A program made the translations under genes and the position numbers. A DNA stretch of 64,000 nucleotides from Clostridia bacterium (GTDB lineage Bacteria; Bacillota; Clostridia; Oscillospirales; CAG-272): positions 644-64,643 of the forward strand of contig JAFQEC010000008.1 in assembly GCA_017415805.1 (NCBI GenBank), written 5' to 3'. Below the pieces are notes generated by a model. That model was not told the DNA's origin. It searched no databases and saw nothing but the letters and a program-made list of their open reading frames with translations. Position 1 is the stretch's first letter, and every line of letters starts with the position of its first letter. Positions 42,997 through 52,876 of this stretch are shown here, piece after piece.

Positions 42997-43221
42997 ATGG
43001 ACTATCGCACACGCCTGCGCCACGTGCGCGAGGATCGGGATCTGACACAAGCCGAGGTCGGCAAGATTTTGCAAAAATCACAGCAGGGCTACAATCATAT
43101 CGAGGCAGGCCGTGCGGAGCTGAAGATCGACGATCTGATCAAGCTATGCAAATTTTATAATCTTTCGGCGGATTATCTCATCGGGATCTCCAATCAACAG
43201 GGGACCTATCATGGCAAATAA
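42997..43221 (+). CDS. XRE-family helix-turn-helix regulator (74 aa)
   Basis: AAAGGAGG RBS. HTH LTQAEVGKILQKSQQGYNHIE. Confidence 0.85.
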   Translation: MDYRTRLRHVREDRDLTQAEVGKILQKSQQGYNHIEAGRAELKIDDLIKLCKFYNLSADYLIGISNQQGTYHGK

Positions 43222-43260
43222 AAACCACGGCATCCAATGCCGTGGTTTTTCCTTTTTTTC
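43220..43260 (+). terminator. Rho-independent terminator
   Basis: Stem AAACCACGGCAT / ATGCCGTGGTTT followed by TTCCTTTTTTT. Confidence 0.85.
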
Positions 43261-43323
43261 ATTGTAATTATATATATAATGCACGAAAAACTAATGATAG
43301 AAAACAAAAAGAGGTGAAACGGT

Positions 43324-44442
43324 ATGCAAAAGCCGCGCGTTGCGGACAAAATCCTGCTATCGCTCGTGGCAGGTCTTTTGGTGCTTGGCGGTGTGTCGCT
43401 GGCGCTGTTCCCCGCGCCGCGCTATTCCGAGACCGAGAACCGCTATCTGGCGGCATTCCCGACGGTGGACCGCGCCGCGCTGACCGAAGGGACGCTGGGC
43501 GCGTCGCTGGACACCTACTGTACCGAGCGTTTGCCGCTTCGCGGCACTCTGCGCTCCGCGCGTGCGCTTTATCACCTCGCGCTGGGCGAGCGCGAGGTGC
43601 ACGGCGTGATCCGCGCGCGTGACGGGAGCCTGATCCGCCGCATGACGGTCAATGAAACAGCCTATACGCAAAATCTCACGGCGCTCACGCGACTTGCGCG
43701 CGAGGCCGAGGCAGCAGAGCTGCCCTTCACCGTGGCCGTGGCGCCGCAGCGCATCGACGTGCGCGCCGACCTGCTCCCTGGGCTCTACCGTATGACGCGC
43801 GAGCAGACCGTGTGGCAGCAGCTGAACGCGGCATATCCCGAGGCTGTCACGTTTTTGGATGCCAAAAGCGAGGATTACTGGTTCCGCACCGACCACCATT
43901 GGACGGCAGACGGGGCGTTTTTCGCCTACGAGCAGTTGGGCGCGGCACTCGGCTACACGCCGCTGTCCAAATCCGAATTTGCGCGTGTGACGGTGAGCGA
44001 GGCGTTTTGGGGCACCTCGGATGCCGCGGCAGGCATCCCCCGCACCGCGCCCGACGTGCTCACACTGCTCACGCGCGCGGACGACGGCGGATTTCATGCT
44101 GTTGCCGACGGAAAGCCGCTGCCGTTTGCGGGCTTTTACGACGAGAGCAAATTGAATATGCGCGACAAATACGCGGTATTCTTAGGCGGAAACTACGGCA
44201 TGCTAAAAATCGAGCAGGGCGAGGACGACACGCGCCCTGCCCTGCTCCTGTTAAAGGATAGCTTTGCCAACTCGGTGATCCCGTTTCTTGCGCGCCACTA
44301 CCGCATCGTGGCGGTGGACACGCGCTACTATCGCGGCGATCTCACCCTGCTTGCCGCCGAATGTGACGCCGTACTGGCGCTGTACGGCATGCAAACGCTC
44401 ACCGAATCGGCACTCTTTTCACGCGCACACCTCGCGCCTTAA
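43324..44442 (+). CDS. DHHW-family protein (AlgX/AlgJ-like SGNH O-acyltransferase relative)
   Basis: AGAGGTGA RBS. N-terminal TM anchor. Signature RTDHHWT. Confidence 0.8.
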   Translation: MQKPRVADKILLSLVAGLLVLGGVSLALFPAPRYSETENRYLAAFPTVDRAALTEGTLGASLDTYCTERLPLRGTLRSARALYHLALGEREVHGVIRARDGSLIRRMTVNETAYTQNLTALTRLAREAEAAELPFTVAVAPQRIDVRADLLPGLYRMTREQTVWQQLNAAYPEAVTFLDAKSEDYWFRTDHHWTADGAFFAYEQLGAALGYTPLSKSEFARVTVSEAFWGTSDAAAGIPRTAPDVLTLLTRADDGGFHAVADGKPLPFAGFYDESKLNMRDKYAVFLGGNYGMLKIEQGEDDTRPALLLLKDSFANSVIPFLARHYRIVAVDTRYYRGDLTLLAAECDAVLALYGMQTLTESALFSRAHLAP

Positions 44443-45269
44443 CCCTCAAAGCCCACCATCAGTCCGCCCTCCTCGGCGTAATAGCTGCAAAGCGCGGTGG
44501 TGGGAATGATCGCAATATCGGCGCTTGCGTAACGCTCACGCACCGTATCGGCAAATGCTTGCGCCGCCGTGGGATTGTTACAGTGCGCGATGCGCAGCTT
44601 GCCGCCAAGGTAGCCGCCCCTCTCCATCTCGCGGTACAGTGCCTCCAGCATTTTATGTTCGCCGCGCGGCTTGCACAGCGTTTGCAGCGTGCCCTGCTCG
44701 GACGCAACGCCCACCACGCGGATACCAAGCAGCCCTGCCACCCTTGCCACCACGGGGCTGACGCGGCCGTTGCGTGCAAGATTGGTGAGTGATTCGAGCG
44801 CGAACAGCAGGTGCGTGTGCCGCTGATATTCCTTCACGCTCGCCTCCAGCTCCTCAAAGGACCTGCCTGCAAGAATTCCGTCACGCAGATGCTCGATGAG
44901 CAGTTGCATCTCGGGGCCCGTGGAAAGCGAATCCACCACGCAGATCCTGCGCGCGGGCGCGGCGGCAAGCGCATCCTCGCGTGCCTTGCAGGCGGCATCA
45001 TAGCTGCCCGAAAGGCCGCTTGTGATGGTAACGGCAAACACGCACTCCGCATCGCCGAACGCCTCCTGCCACTCGAAGGCATTGGGGCACGAGGTCTGCG
45101 TTCGTCCCTTGACGGTGCGCAGATCACGGATCATGGATGCCACGTCCAAGGCCGCGTTATCGACATACTCCCGCGCCTGTGTAATGATCTTTAAGGGAAC
45201 GGTAGCGTAAGAAGCATCGCTCACCGAAAGCAGATTGGATGAAGAATCCGAAACGATACGAACATTCAT
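44439..45269 (-). CDS. DegV family fatty-acid-binding protein
   Basis: GAAGGAAGG RBS. Typical IVSDSSSN N-terminus and TSCPN...SGLSGSY block. Its 3' end overlaps the convergent DHHW gene by 4 nt. Confidence 0.9.
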   Translation of the reverse strand: MNVRIVSDSSSNLLSVSDASYATVPLKIITQAREYVDNAALDVASMIRDLRTVKGRTQTSCPNAFEWQEAFGDAECVFAVTITSGLSGSYDAACKAREDALAAAPARRICVVDSLSTGPEMQLLIEHLRDGILAGRSFEELEASVKEYQRHTHLLFALESLTNLARNGRVSPVVARVAGLLGIRVVGVASEQGTLQTLCKPRGEHKMLEALYREMERGGYLGGKLRIAHCNNPTAAQAFADTVRERYASADIAIIPTTALCSYYAEEGGLMVGFEG

Positions 45270-45377
45270 AAAAAGCCTTCCTTCTTACAAAATCAAGCAT
45301 GTTTGTTATATTATAACACGACACATTGTGTTTGTCAATATCTCTTTTTGTGGTTTTGAAAACTATTTTGTCGGAAA

Positions 45378-45416
45378 AGAAAAGAACGGGCAACATTTTT
45401 TGTTGCCCGTTCTTTA
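45378..45416. terminator. bidirectional hairpin terminator
   Basis: 15-bp stem AAAGAACGGGCAACA / TGTTGCCCGTTCTTT with a TTTTT loop. Confidence 0.8.
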
Positions 45417-45427
45417 CATAAACAAGC

Positions 45428-46252
45428 TTAATCCTCGTCCACGTCGACGGGGAAGAAGACATTGCGGCCAACCTCAACCCCTGCGGCAGGGCGCGCGGTG
45501 AGCCCTGTGTTGCAGTTGGCAAAGGCATAGTCTCCGATCGACTCCAGCGTCTGGGGGAAGGTGACGTTTGCCAGTGCGGCACATCCGTTAAAGGCGTGCG
45601 CGCCGATGCTCTCCAGCCCGTTGCTCCAGGTGATATCGTCCAATACCGAGCAGCCCATGAAGGCCTGCGCGGGGATCGCCTTGATACCTGCGGGAAGCGA
45701 CGCCGTCTTGAGCGCGGAGCAGTTGTAGAAAACGGCCAGGCCGATCTCGGTCACGCCTGCAGGCACGCTCACGGCAGTGAGGCCGCTTTCTGCGAAGGCG
45801 GCGGTGCCGATCTTAACAAGCGAGTCAGGCAGTATGATCGCCTTCAGCGCACTGCAGCCTGCAAAGGCAAAGCTGCCGATCTCGGTCACGCCTGCGGGCA
45901 CCGTGATCCCGGAAATATTGGTCTTGCTGCGGAAGGCCTCATCGGCGATCTGCGTGACGGGCAGCTCAATATCGGCATCGCCCTCCTCACTCTTGATCTT
46001 AATGACCGCGGGGATGGAGACGGCATGCGGTGTTACGGCGCCCGTAAAGCCCGTAATTCTGGCCTCGTCGCCATTGACGCGCTCGTAGGAAAACCCATCG
46101 CTGTTGTTTGCGTCGGGCTTGTAATAATTGTCGGTTACGGCGACCGCCATGTTGTTGCCGTCGTCCTCGCCCTCGCCCTCTTCGTCGGAGCAAGCCACCA
46201 GGGTGAATACCAACATCAACAGCGCCAGCAAAAGAGCCAAAATTCTTTTCAT
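45428..46252 (-). CDS. BspA-type leucine-rich-repeat surface lipoprotein (second copy, diverged)
   Basis: Start at MKRILALLL with a GGAGGAA RBS. Lipobox LVAC. Repeats of the (P)AGVTEIG..AF..C type. TTGACA-17-TATAAT promoter at 46307-46335 on the minus strand. Confidence 0.85.
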   Translation of the reverse strand: MKRILALLLALLMLVFTLVACSDEEGEGEDDGNNMAVAVTDNYYKPDANNSDGFSYERVNGDEARITGFTGAVTPHAVSIPAVIKIKSEEGDADIELPVTQIADEAFRSKTNISGITVPAGVTEIGSFAFAGCSALKAIILPDSLVKIGTAAFAESGLTAVSVPAGVTEIGLAVFYNCSALKTASLPAGIKAIPAQAFMGCSVLDDITWSNGLESIGAHAFNGCAALANVTFPQTLESIGDYAFANCNTGLTARPAAGVEVGRNVFFPVDVDED

Positions 46253-46478
46253 TGTAATTCCTCCATCGAGAGACCTTGCGCACACGGGCGCGCGTGTATT
46301 CTCAATTATTATACCGCAAGTTTTGTGTTCTGTCAAGGCTTCGGTCGCGCTGCACATAATTTTTCTCTGTTTTGCCCAAATTCCGCCGAGATCCGTGCGC
46401 GCGGCGACATCCTTTGCTTGACAAGCCTCTTTGCATTTTGCTATAATTGAGGTAATGCAAGCGAAAGGGGGCGTGCAC

Positions 46479-48602
46479 ATGACAAACGCCGACATCAAAA
46501 CGCTAAGGGGCGTAGGCCCTGCCAAGGCCGCGGCATACGCCAAGCTCGGCATCCGCACCCTCTCCGATCTGCTCTATCATTTTCCGCGCGCCTATGAGAA
46601 TCGCGGCGACGTGCAGCTGCTCTGTGACGCGCCAAGCGATCGCCGCACCGCGCTGATCCTGACGGTCGGCACACAGCCGCGCAGTGTACGCGTGCGCGGG
46701 CGGATGTCTCTGCTCAAATTCCGCGCCTTTGACGAGAGTGGCGTGTGCGAGATCACCTATTTCAATCAGGATTATCTGAAAAACCGCTTTGTGCTCGGTT
46801 CCTCGTTCCGTTTCTGGGGTAAAGTACAGAAAAAGGGCAAAAATTACACGCTGACCTCCCCCGAATCCGAGCCGATCAGCGCCGATGCGGTGTTGCCCGA
46901 TCTCCTACCTGTTTATCGCCTCTCCGAGGGCCTCTCGCCCCGACAGGTGAGCGAAAACGTGGCGGCCGTGATGGGCATGACCGCCCTTTTGGATGACCCG
47001 TTGCCCGACGAGATCCGCACGGCGCAGCGTCTTGCGACCCTCGGCTTTGCCCTGCGCAACATTCATAACCCTACGGACTATGTGTCATTGGCGGCCGCCA
47101 AAAAGCGGCTGATCTTTGATGAATTCTTTGTCTTTGCGCTGGGGCTGGCGCTGACCAAGCACAAAACCCATCATACGGGTGCACCCGTTTGCACAAACAA
47201 TGACATTTCTCCCCTGCTCTCTCAGCTCCCTTATACCCTCACGGGCGCACAGTCGCGCGTCATTGCGGAGATCTGCCGCGACATGGCAAGCGACACGCCG
47301 ATGAGCCGCATCGTGGTGGGGGACGTTGGCTGTGGCAAGACGGTCTGCGCCGCCGCCGCGATCACGGTGGCGGTGCAAAGCGGCCGCCAGGCCGCGCTGA
47401 TGGCCCCCACCGAGATCCTTGCGCGCCAGCACTACAACGATCTTGCGCCCCTGTTTGAAAAAATGGGCATCCGCTGTGCGCTTCTCGTGGGTGCCACCAC
47501 GGCGGCGCAGAAGCAAAAGCTCCGCGCCGCACTCGCGAGCGAGGACAAGAGCAAGCGCTTGCAGGTGGTGATCGGCACACAGGCACTGCTCTCGGACGGG
47601 GTGGAATTTGCCGCCCCGGGTCTGATCGTCACCGACGAGCAGCACCGCTTTGGCGTGCGCCAGCGCGCCGTTCTATCCGAGAAAAACGCGCACGCACACA
47701 TGCTGGTGATGAGCGCCACGCCCATCCCGCGCTCGCTTGCGCTCGCGCTGTACGGCGACCTCGATCTCTCGCGCATCGACGAAATGCCCCAAGGCCGTCA
47801 GCGCGTGGAAACCTTTGTGGTGGACGAGGGCTACCGTGCGCGGCTGGATGCCTTTATCGACAGTCTCACCGCCGAGGGCGGTCAGGTGTACGTGGTCTGC
47901 CCCGCCGTGGAAGAGCGCGACGCCGAGGACGACGAGGTATTGCTTGGCGAGATCGGCGAGGACGCCGTGGATGACCGACCACCCCTCAAGGCCGCCGTGC
48001 AGGTGGCCGAGGAGCTGCAAGCACGCCATCCGCACCTCACCGTTGCACACGTGCACGGCAAAATGAAAAGCCGCGAAAAGGATACCGTTATGCGCGCTTT
48101 TGCCGCAGGCGAGATCCAGGTGCTGGTCTCCACCACGGTCATTGAGGTGGGTGTGAACGTGCCCAACGCGTGCCTGATGGTGGTCGAGGATGCCGACCGC
48201 TTCGGCCTCTCGCAATTGCATCAGCTCCGCGGCCGCGTGGGGCGCGGCAACCGCAAATCCTATTGCGTTCTGGTCTCCGAGACCGACCGTTCGGGTGACT
48301 CCAATGCCGCCAAACGCCTTTCGGTCATGAAAAGCACCTACGACGGCTTCGCGATTGCCGAGCGCGATCTTGCGTTGCGCGGCCCGGGCGACTTTATCTC
48401 AGGCACGGACGCCGACTCGATCCGCCAAAGCGGCGGCGTGCGCTTCCGCTTAGCGGCGCTGTGCGACGACACGGGGCTGATGACCGCCGCCTTTACCGAG
48501 GCGCGGGCCCTCATTGAGCGCGACGCAGAACTGGCGGCACACCCCGCCCTGCGCGACACCGTGCACCGCATGTTCACGCTGGATGCCGATACCATCAGTT
48601 AA
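46479..48602 (+). CDS. recG: ATP-dependent DNA helicase RecG
   Basis: ATG at 46479 with an AAAGGGGG RBS. Wedge domain. Walker A GDVGCGKT. DEQHRFGV box. TTGACA-18-TATAAT promoter at 46418-46447. Confidence 0.95.
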   Translation: MTNADIKTLRGVGPAKAAAYAKLGIRTLSDLLYHFPRAYENRGDVQLLCDAPSDRRTALILTVGTQPRSVRVRGRMSLLKFRAFDESGVCEITYFNQDYLKNRFVLGSSFRFWGKVQKKGKNYTLTSPESEPISADAVLPDLLPVYRLSEGLSPRQVSENVAAVMGMTALLDDPLPDEIRTAQRLATLGFALRNIHNPTDYVSLAAAKKRLIFDEFFVFALGLALTKHKTHHTGAPVCTNNDISPLLSQLPYTLTGAQSRVIAEICRDMASDTPMSRIVVGDVGCGKTVCAAAAITVAVQSGRQAALMAPTEILARQHYNDLAPLFEKMGIRCALLVGATTAAQKQKLRAALASEDKSKRLQVVIGTQALLSDGVEFAAPGLIVTDEQHRFGVRQRAVLSEKNAHAHMLVMSATPIPRSLALALYGDLDLSRIDEMPQGRQRVETFVVDEGYRARLDAFIDSLTAEGGQVYVVCPAVEERDAEDDEVLLGEIGEDAVDDRPPLKAAVQVAEELQARHPHLTVAHVHGKMKSREKDTVMRAFAAGEIQVLVSTTVIEVGVNVPNACLMVVEDADRFGLSQLHQLRGRVGRGNRKSYCVLVSETDRSGDSNAAKRLSVMKSTYDGFAIAERDLALRGPGDFISGTDADSIRQSGGVRFRLAALCDDTGLMTAAFTEARALIERDAELAAHPALRDTVHRMFTLDADTIS

Positions 48603-48603
48603 G

Positions 48604-48634
48604 CAAAAAAGCACCGCTTTGCGGTGCTTTTTTG
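48604..48634 (+). terminator. Rho-independent terminator of recG
   Basis: Stem AGCACCGC / GCGGTGCT followed by TTTTTT. Confidence 0.85.
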
Positions 48635-48729
48635 ATCCCGTTCGGGGGAAAATTGTCGATTGCCATGCCCCCTATGGACCGAGATCCATAGGGGGATGGG
48701 GTTGCTCATTCGCTTTTGCTACTCACAAC

Positions 48730-51700
48730 TCAGGGAGCAGGAGTGGGATCCACGTAATCAACCAAAGCGGAAATCGCCTGATTCTTAACAGTGTTGGCCG
48801 CCTGCACGGTCACTGCGCGATCCAACTGATAGTTGTAGCGCTCGTAAGCGGTCATCAGCTCTGCCTTAACACCCTCATCAGTCAAGGTTGTATAGTGCTC
48901 GGCAAACGCCTTGCTATATGCACCCTTTGCCTCAGCCTTGGCAAGAGCAAGCTCCTCTGCCTCGGTAACGCCGCACAGATCGCAGGTGAGAATCTCACAA
49001 CCGTACTCGGTCGTGTACTCAGCGATCAATGCGCGAATCGAAGCCGCTGCATCAATCACAGACTGTGCATTTGCAAAGGTTGCATCCTCAAGGGCTGCAA
49101 TCGCATCCTTGATCGCCTGTGCATCCGCCTCTGCCTGCGTCAGCTTAGACTCATATTCAGCCTTCTTTGTGGCGAAGGTGTTGTAAAGGGCAACCTCGCC
49201 GTTCAGCTGGCTAACCTCATCGATGCTGTTTGCATAGTAGGTATTGACGTATGCAAGATATCTCGCGTTCACGGTTGCGAACTCGACGGAATGGATGTTC
49301 CACTCTGCAATAAGCGCCTCCATCTCAGCCTTCAGAGCATCCCATTCAGCATTTGCTGCCTCCAGGTTCTCGGTTGCCGTAGCGTAGGCTGCCACCAATG
49401 TGTCATAGTTGGCCGTGGTGACAAACTCGTAGCAATTCTCTACATCAGAGAGGATGTGGATAGCCTGAATAGCCTCGATTGCTGCACGGACATCCTCTGC
49501 AGCAGCGGTGTTTACGTCGATGCCAAGGTGCGTCTGTGCCCAGCTTGCAAATGCATCCCATGCAGCCTTGACGGTTGCATAGTACTTGACGTCAAGCAGC
49601 TTGCTCGAATCCAAGGACTCGATCGCACCGTTGATAGCCACAGACTCGCTCTGTGCGTTCTGTGCCTTCTGGTTGTAAGCAGTGACACACTTCGTCCAGT
49701 TCTGGCTCAGGGTCTTGAGATTTGCAGGAACCTCCACGCCGTCCACGATCAGCACCAAATCCAAGTTGATATCCTCAACGCCCATCAGGATCAGATCGGT
49801 AAAGTAGTTCTCAAGCTCCAGGATCTTATTGCCGTCCGCCAGCCCCCAAGCCGTGCCGTTCATCGCCTGATCAACCAGCACGTAGATCTCAGCAACCTTT
49901 GCGGTCAGCTCCTTGTATTCCTCATAGAGCTCGTCACACAGTGCAACTGCGTTGGCAACGAATTCGTTGTAGTTTGCATCACCCTTTGCGATGCTGTAGT
50001 TGGTGCAGATATCGGCAAGGCCCTTATCATACACATCCTTAATGGTGTTGTAATCGGTAAAGGCAACATTGCCCTTCATTGCATTCATCTGCACGACGAT
50101 CGCATCGACCTCGGCCTTTGCGGCAGCAAGCTCATCCACGCGAGCCTCAACAGCCTCGAATGCGGCCAGCAGATCTGCGCCGATCATCGTCTCGTAGTTA
50201 GCATCGGCGGCAATGTAGCCGTCAACACCCTCGATCGCCGCCTTCAGTGCGTCCAGCTGAGCGCGGTAGCCCTCTGCAGTTGCGGTGTCGGTGTAGAGCA
50301 CCAGAGGCTTGCCGCAGAGTGCCTCGATGTTGGCCTTCAGATCGGCAACGCCGTTGTTCTTATAAATTTCGTCCATAGCCTTGGCATAGGCAATGGTTCT
50401 CTCCAGCTTTGCGTAGTCGTCGCCGTAGATCTTGGTCATGTTCGCGTCATCGATCTCGTAGGTGCCCTTCCAAGCATCGACGTCGGCCTTGTTCTGCTCC
50501 AGAACAGCCAGGTCGCTCCAAAGAACGCTGTCGGTTGCAAAGCTCAGAGCCTTGTCATTGACCGCGACCTTGTTCGCAACGGCCTCTACCAGCCGGTCAT
50601 AACGAGCGCGGTAGCCGTCCAGAGTTGCGGAATTGGTAACCAGTCCCTCTGCCGTGATATCCTCAGCATACAGAGCGTTGTAAACATCGTTTGCGAAATA
50701 AGTAGTCTTGTAGGTAGCGAAGGATGCCTCTGCCGCCACGATTGCTGCCTCGCTGTCCTCATATACAATGGGAGTGACAATTGCGGTGATCTCATCGATC
50801 ACAGCCTGAGCTGCGTTGGTGGCATCCACCAGATTCTGCTGTGCCGCAACGATCGCATCGTAGCGTGCCTGCAGTTCGGTGGGGATCTCGGTAGTGATCT
50901 TTGCATAAATGCCATTCAACTGATCCAGGCAAGCAGCATCTGCCGTGACCGAACGGTTGGTCTCGATCTCGGTGATCACCTTCTCCAGGCTCTCCAGCAG
51001 AGTGGGCATCTCGGCAACGATCTTATCCAACTCTGCAAAATAACCCTTGATCTGCTCCACGGACAGTGCACGGCCCAGGAAGAAGCGCAGGTCGGCAACA
51101 GCCTTTTCAAACTCAGCATAGTCGCCGTCTGCGTAGTTCTCTTTCTTCACCTCTGCCGCCTTTGCATCAAAATCAGCAAGAGAGAAGCCGGGCTCGCCGC
51201 CCTCAGCACCCTGCAGCGTCCACGTTGCTTTGTTGTAATTGTCGGCAAAATCTTCTGCCTTCAGCTGGGCCAACGCCTTCTCGGCATTTTCTACCGCGGT
51301 CTTCAGGTCTGCGATATCTGCACTATTGGCGCTTACATTAACCGAAAGGGTATTGAACTGGGTGGTCAGACCCGTGATCTTCTCCTCAAGCGCGGTCTTC
51401 AGGCCATCTGCATAGGCCTTGCAGGTGTTGATCGCCTCGGTCACCTCAGTCTTGGTTGCAAGGGTTGCAACCGTGCTCTGCAGTGCGTTGATCGCATTGT
51501 CAACCTCGGTCTTGTTGGCCTTGGTAGCCAGCGCAGTGCTGAGAGACTCAAGTGCCTCTGCCATCTCGGTCTTGAAGGCCGCATCGGCAGCGGTGTTGGC
51601 CTCGATCATGCCCTTGAGCTCGGTCTCCACAGCAGAGACGGCACTCTCAATCGTGCTCTTAAGCTCATTGGTGGCACTCTCAAGCGCGGTGATCTTGCCG

Positions 51701-52593
51701 TTCAGCTCGGTCTTGGCAGCCTCGATTGCCTGCTGAAGAGCAGCCTTGTCAGCCGCATCGGCAGTACCATTCGCCTCGATCAGATCCTTGAGCTCGTTTG
51801 CAGTGCTCTCCAGTGCGGTGATCTTGCCGTTCAGCTCGGTCTTGGCAGTTGCGATCGCCTGCTCCAGTGCAGCCTTGGTCGCAGCATCGGCAGTGCCGTT
51901 TGCCTTGATCGAATCCTCCAGTGCCGACAGCGCGTTTGCAACCTCGCCATCGAGCTGTGCCTTCAGCGCGTCGATCCGATCGCTCAGCTGCTTCTTTGCC
52001 TGTGCGTCTGCATCGGCGTTTGCGGCGATCAATTTCTCCAGCGCCTCGATTTCAGCGGCAACGTTGGCAATACTCTCTTTTGCATCAATTGCCGCTTGCA
52101 GCTCTTCGATTTTGCTGTTAAACTCATTCTTGGTGGTAGCCGCCTCTGCAAGAGCCTTGATCTGTGCATCTGCCTGCTCAAGTGCCGCCTTTACGGTGGC
52201 GTCAGCAGTAGCGTTTGCGGCGATCAGAGCCTCCAGATCAGCCTTTGCCTGCGTCAGTGCCTCGCTCGTCGCAGCAGCATCGGCGGTGCCCTTAACGCCC
52301 TCCAGCTTTGTGATAACCTCCTCCAGCTTTGCAGCGGTTGCAGCGCCGTCTGCGGTTACCTTGATCGTGTCAACCAGCTCGCGCAGCTTTGCTACGGTCG
52401 CCTTGCTCTCAGCGCTTTCGCTGATTTCGTCAATTTTGGTGGCGTTGTCATCAGCCTTCTTTTGGATTTCCTCTAACTGCCCTTTTAGAGCGGCGATTTC
52501 CTCATCCTCGCCGCAGCCTGCCAGCACAGAAAGAACCAAAACAAGACACAGAACCAATAGCAACGCTCTCATCCATGTCGCTTTGTGTTTCAT
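48730..52593 (-). CDS. 1287-aa alanine-rich all-helical (coiled-coil plus helical-bundle repeat) surface lipoprotein
   Basis: AAGGAAGGAAAAG RBS. Signal peptide with lipobox LAGC. The N-terminal ~470 aa is low-complexity coiled coil with 43-aa repeats. The rest is helical modules. No enzymatic or wall-anchor motif recognised. Confidence 0.8.
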   Translation of the reverse strand: MKHKATWMRALLLVLCLVLVLSVLAGCGEDEEIAALKGQLEEIQKKADDNATKIDEISESAESKATVAKLRELVDTIKVTADGAATAAKLEEVITKLEGVKGTADAAATSEALTQAKADLEALIAANATADATVKAALEQADAQIKALAEAATTKNEFNSKIEELQAAIDAKESIANVAAEIEALEKLIAANADADAQAKKQLSDRIDALKAQLDGEVANALSALEDSIKANGTADAATKAALEQAIATAKTELNGKITALESTANELKDLIEANGTADAADKAALQQAIEAAKTELNGKITALESATNELKSTIESAVSAVETELKGMIEANTAADAAFKTEMAEALESLSTALATKANKTEVDNAINALQSTVATLATKTEVTEAINTCKAYADGLKTALEEKITGLTTQFNTLSVNVSANSADIADLKTAVENAEKALAQLKAEDFADNYNKATWTLQGAEGGEPGFSLADFDAKAAEVKKENYADGDYAEFEKAVADLRFFLGRALSVEQIKGYFAELDKIVAEMPTLLESLEKVITEIETNRSVTADAACLDQLNGIYAKITTEIPTELQARYDAIVAAQQNLVDATNAAQAVIDEITAIVTPIVYEDSEAAIVAAEASFATYKTTYFANDVYNALYAEDITAEGLVTNSATLDGYRARYDRLVEAVANKVAVNDKALSFATDSVLWSDLAVLEQNKADVDAWKGTYEIDDANMTKIYGDDYAKLERTIAYAKAMDEIYKNNGVADLKANIEALCGKPLVLYTDTATAEGYRAQLDALKAAIEGVDGYIAADANYETMIGADLLAAFEAVEARVDELAAAKAEVDAIVVQMNAMKGNVAFTDYNTIKDVYDKGLADICTNYSIAKGDANYNEFVANAVALCDELYEEYKELTAKVAEIYVLVDQAMNGTAWGLADGNKILELENYFTDLILMGVEDINLDLVLIVDGVEVPANLKTLSQNWTKCVTAYNQKAQNAQSESVAINGAIESLDSSKLLDVKYYATVKAAWDAFASWAQTHLGIDVNTAAAEDVRAAIEAIQAIHILSDVENCYEFVTTANYDTLVAAYATATENLEAANAEWDALKAEMEALIAEWNIHSVEFATVNARYLAYVNTYYANSIDEVSQLNGEVALYNTFATKKAEYESKLTQAEADAQAIKDAIAALEDATFANAQSVIDAAASIRALIAEYTTEYGCEILTCDLCGVTEAEELALAKAEAKGAYSKAFAEHYTTLTDEGVKAELMTAYERYNYQLDRAVTVQAANTVKNQAISALVDYVDPTPAP
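51686..51943. repeat. 129-bp (43-aa) in-frame tandem duplication in the giant lipoprotein gene
   Basis: GCGGTGATCTTGCCGTTCAGCTCGGTCTTGGCAG occurs at 51686 and again at 51815. The protein repeat is TELNGKITALES..NELK..IEANGTADAA.KAAL.QAI..AK. Confidence 0.85.
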
Positions 52594-52797
52594 TGCTTTT
52601 CCTTCCTTATTTAATGATTAAATATGTTGTTGTATATGCCTCCGATTGTAATACCAACCCGAACAATGCAAATCGGCCCATTGCTCGAACTCCCTTTACA
52701 CCCCCCGTCTCAAAGTTGGAGTTTTCAGACACATACAGCAAGAATATTCACTCCAGTTGGTTTGATTATAGCACAACTTTTTCGGTTTGTCAAGCAT

Positions 52798-52819
52798 TAT
52801 TTATCATTGTTGATAAATA
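52798..52819. promoter_or_regulatory. perfect 9-4-9 palindrome TATTTATCA-TTGT-TGATAAATA (candidate XRE operator)
   Basis: It sits about 60 nt upstream of the XRE start, in a very AT-rich 283-bp divergent region. Confidence 0.5.
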
Positions 52820-52876
52820 TTTCTTTTGCATTATCGGTTACTATTATTATAGAGACAAAAAAGAAAGGATGAAATT

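Noticed and set aside
48514-52476. 1320-aa plus-strand ORF, the longest in the window
   Set aside because: It is antisense to the 1287-aa lipoprotein gene. Its translation is Cys/Leu/Gly/Val-rich nonsense with no RBS, it begins inside recG, and it has no signal or domain pattern. Ala-rich, GC3-rich genes leave the opposite strand free of stop codons. The minus-strand frame has an RBS, a lipobox and a coherent repeat structure.
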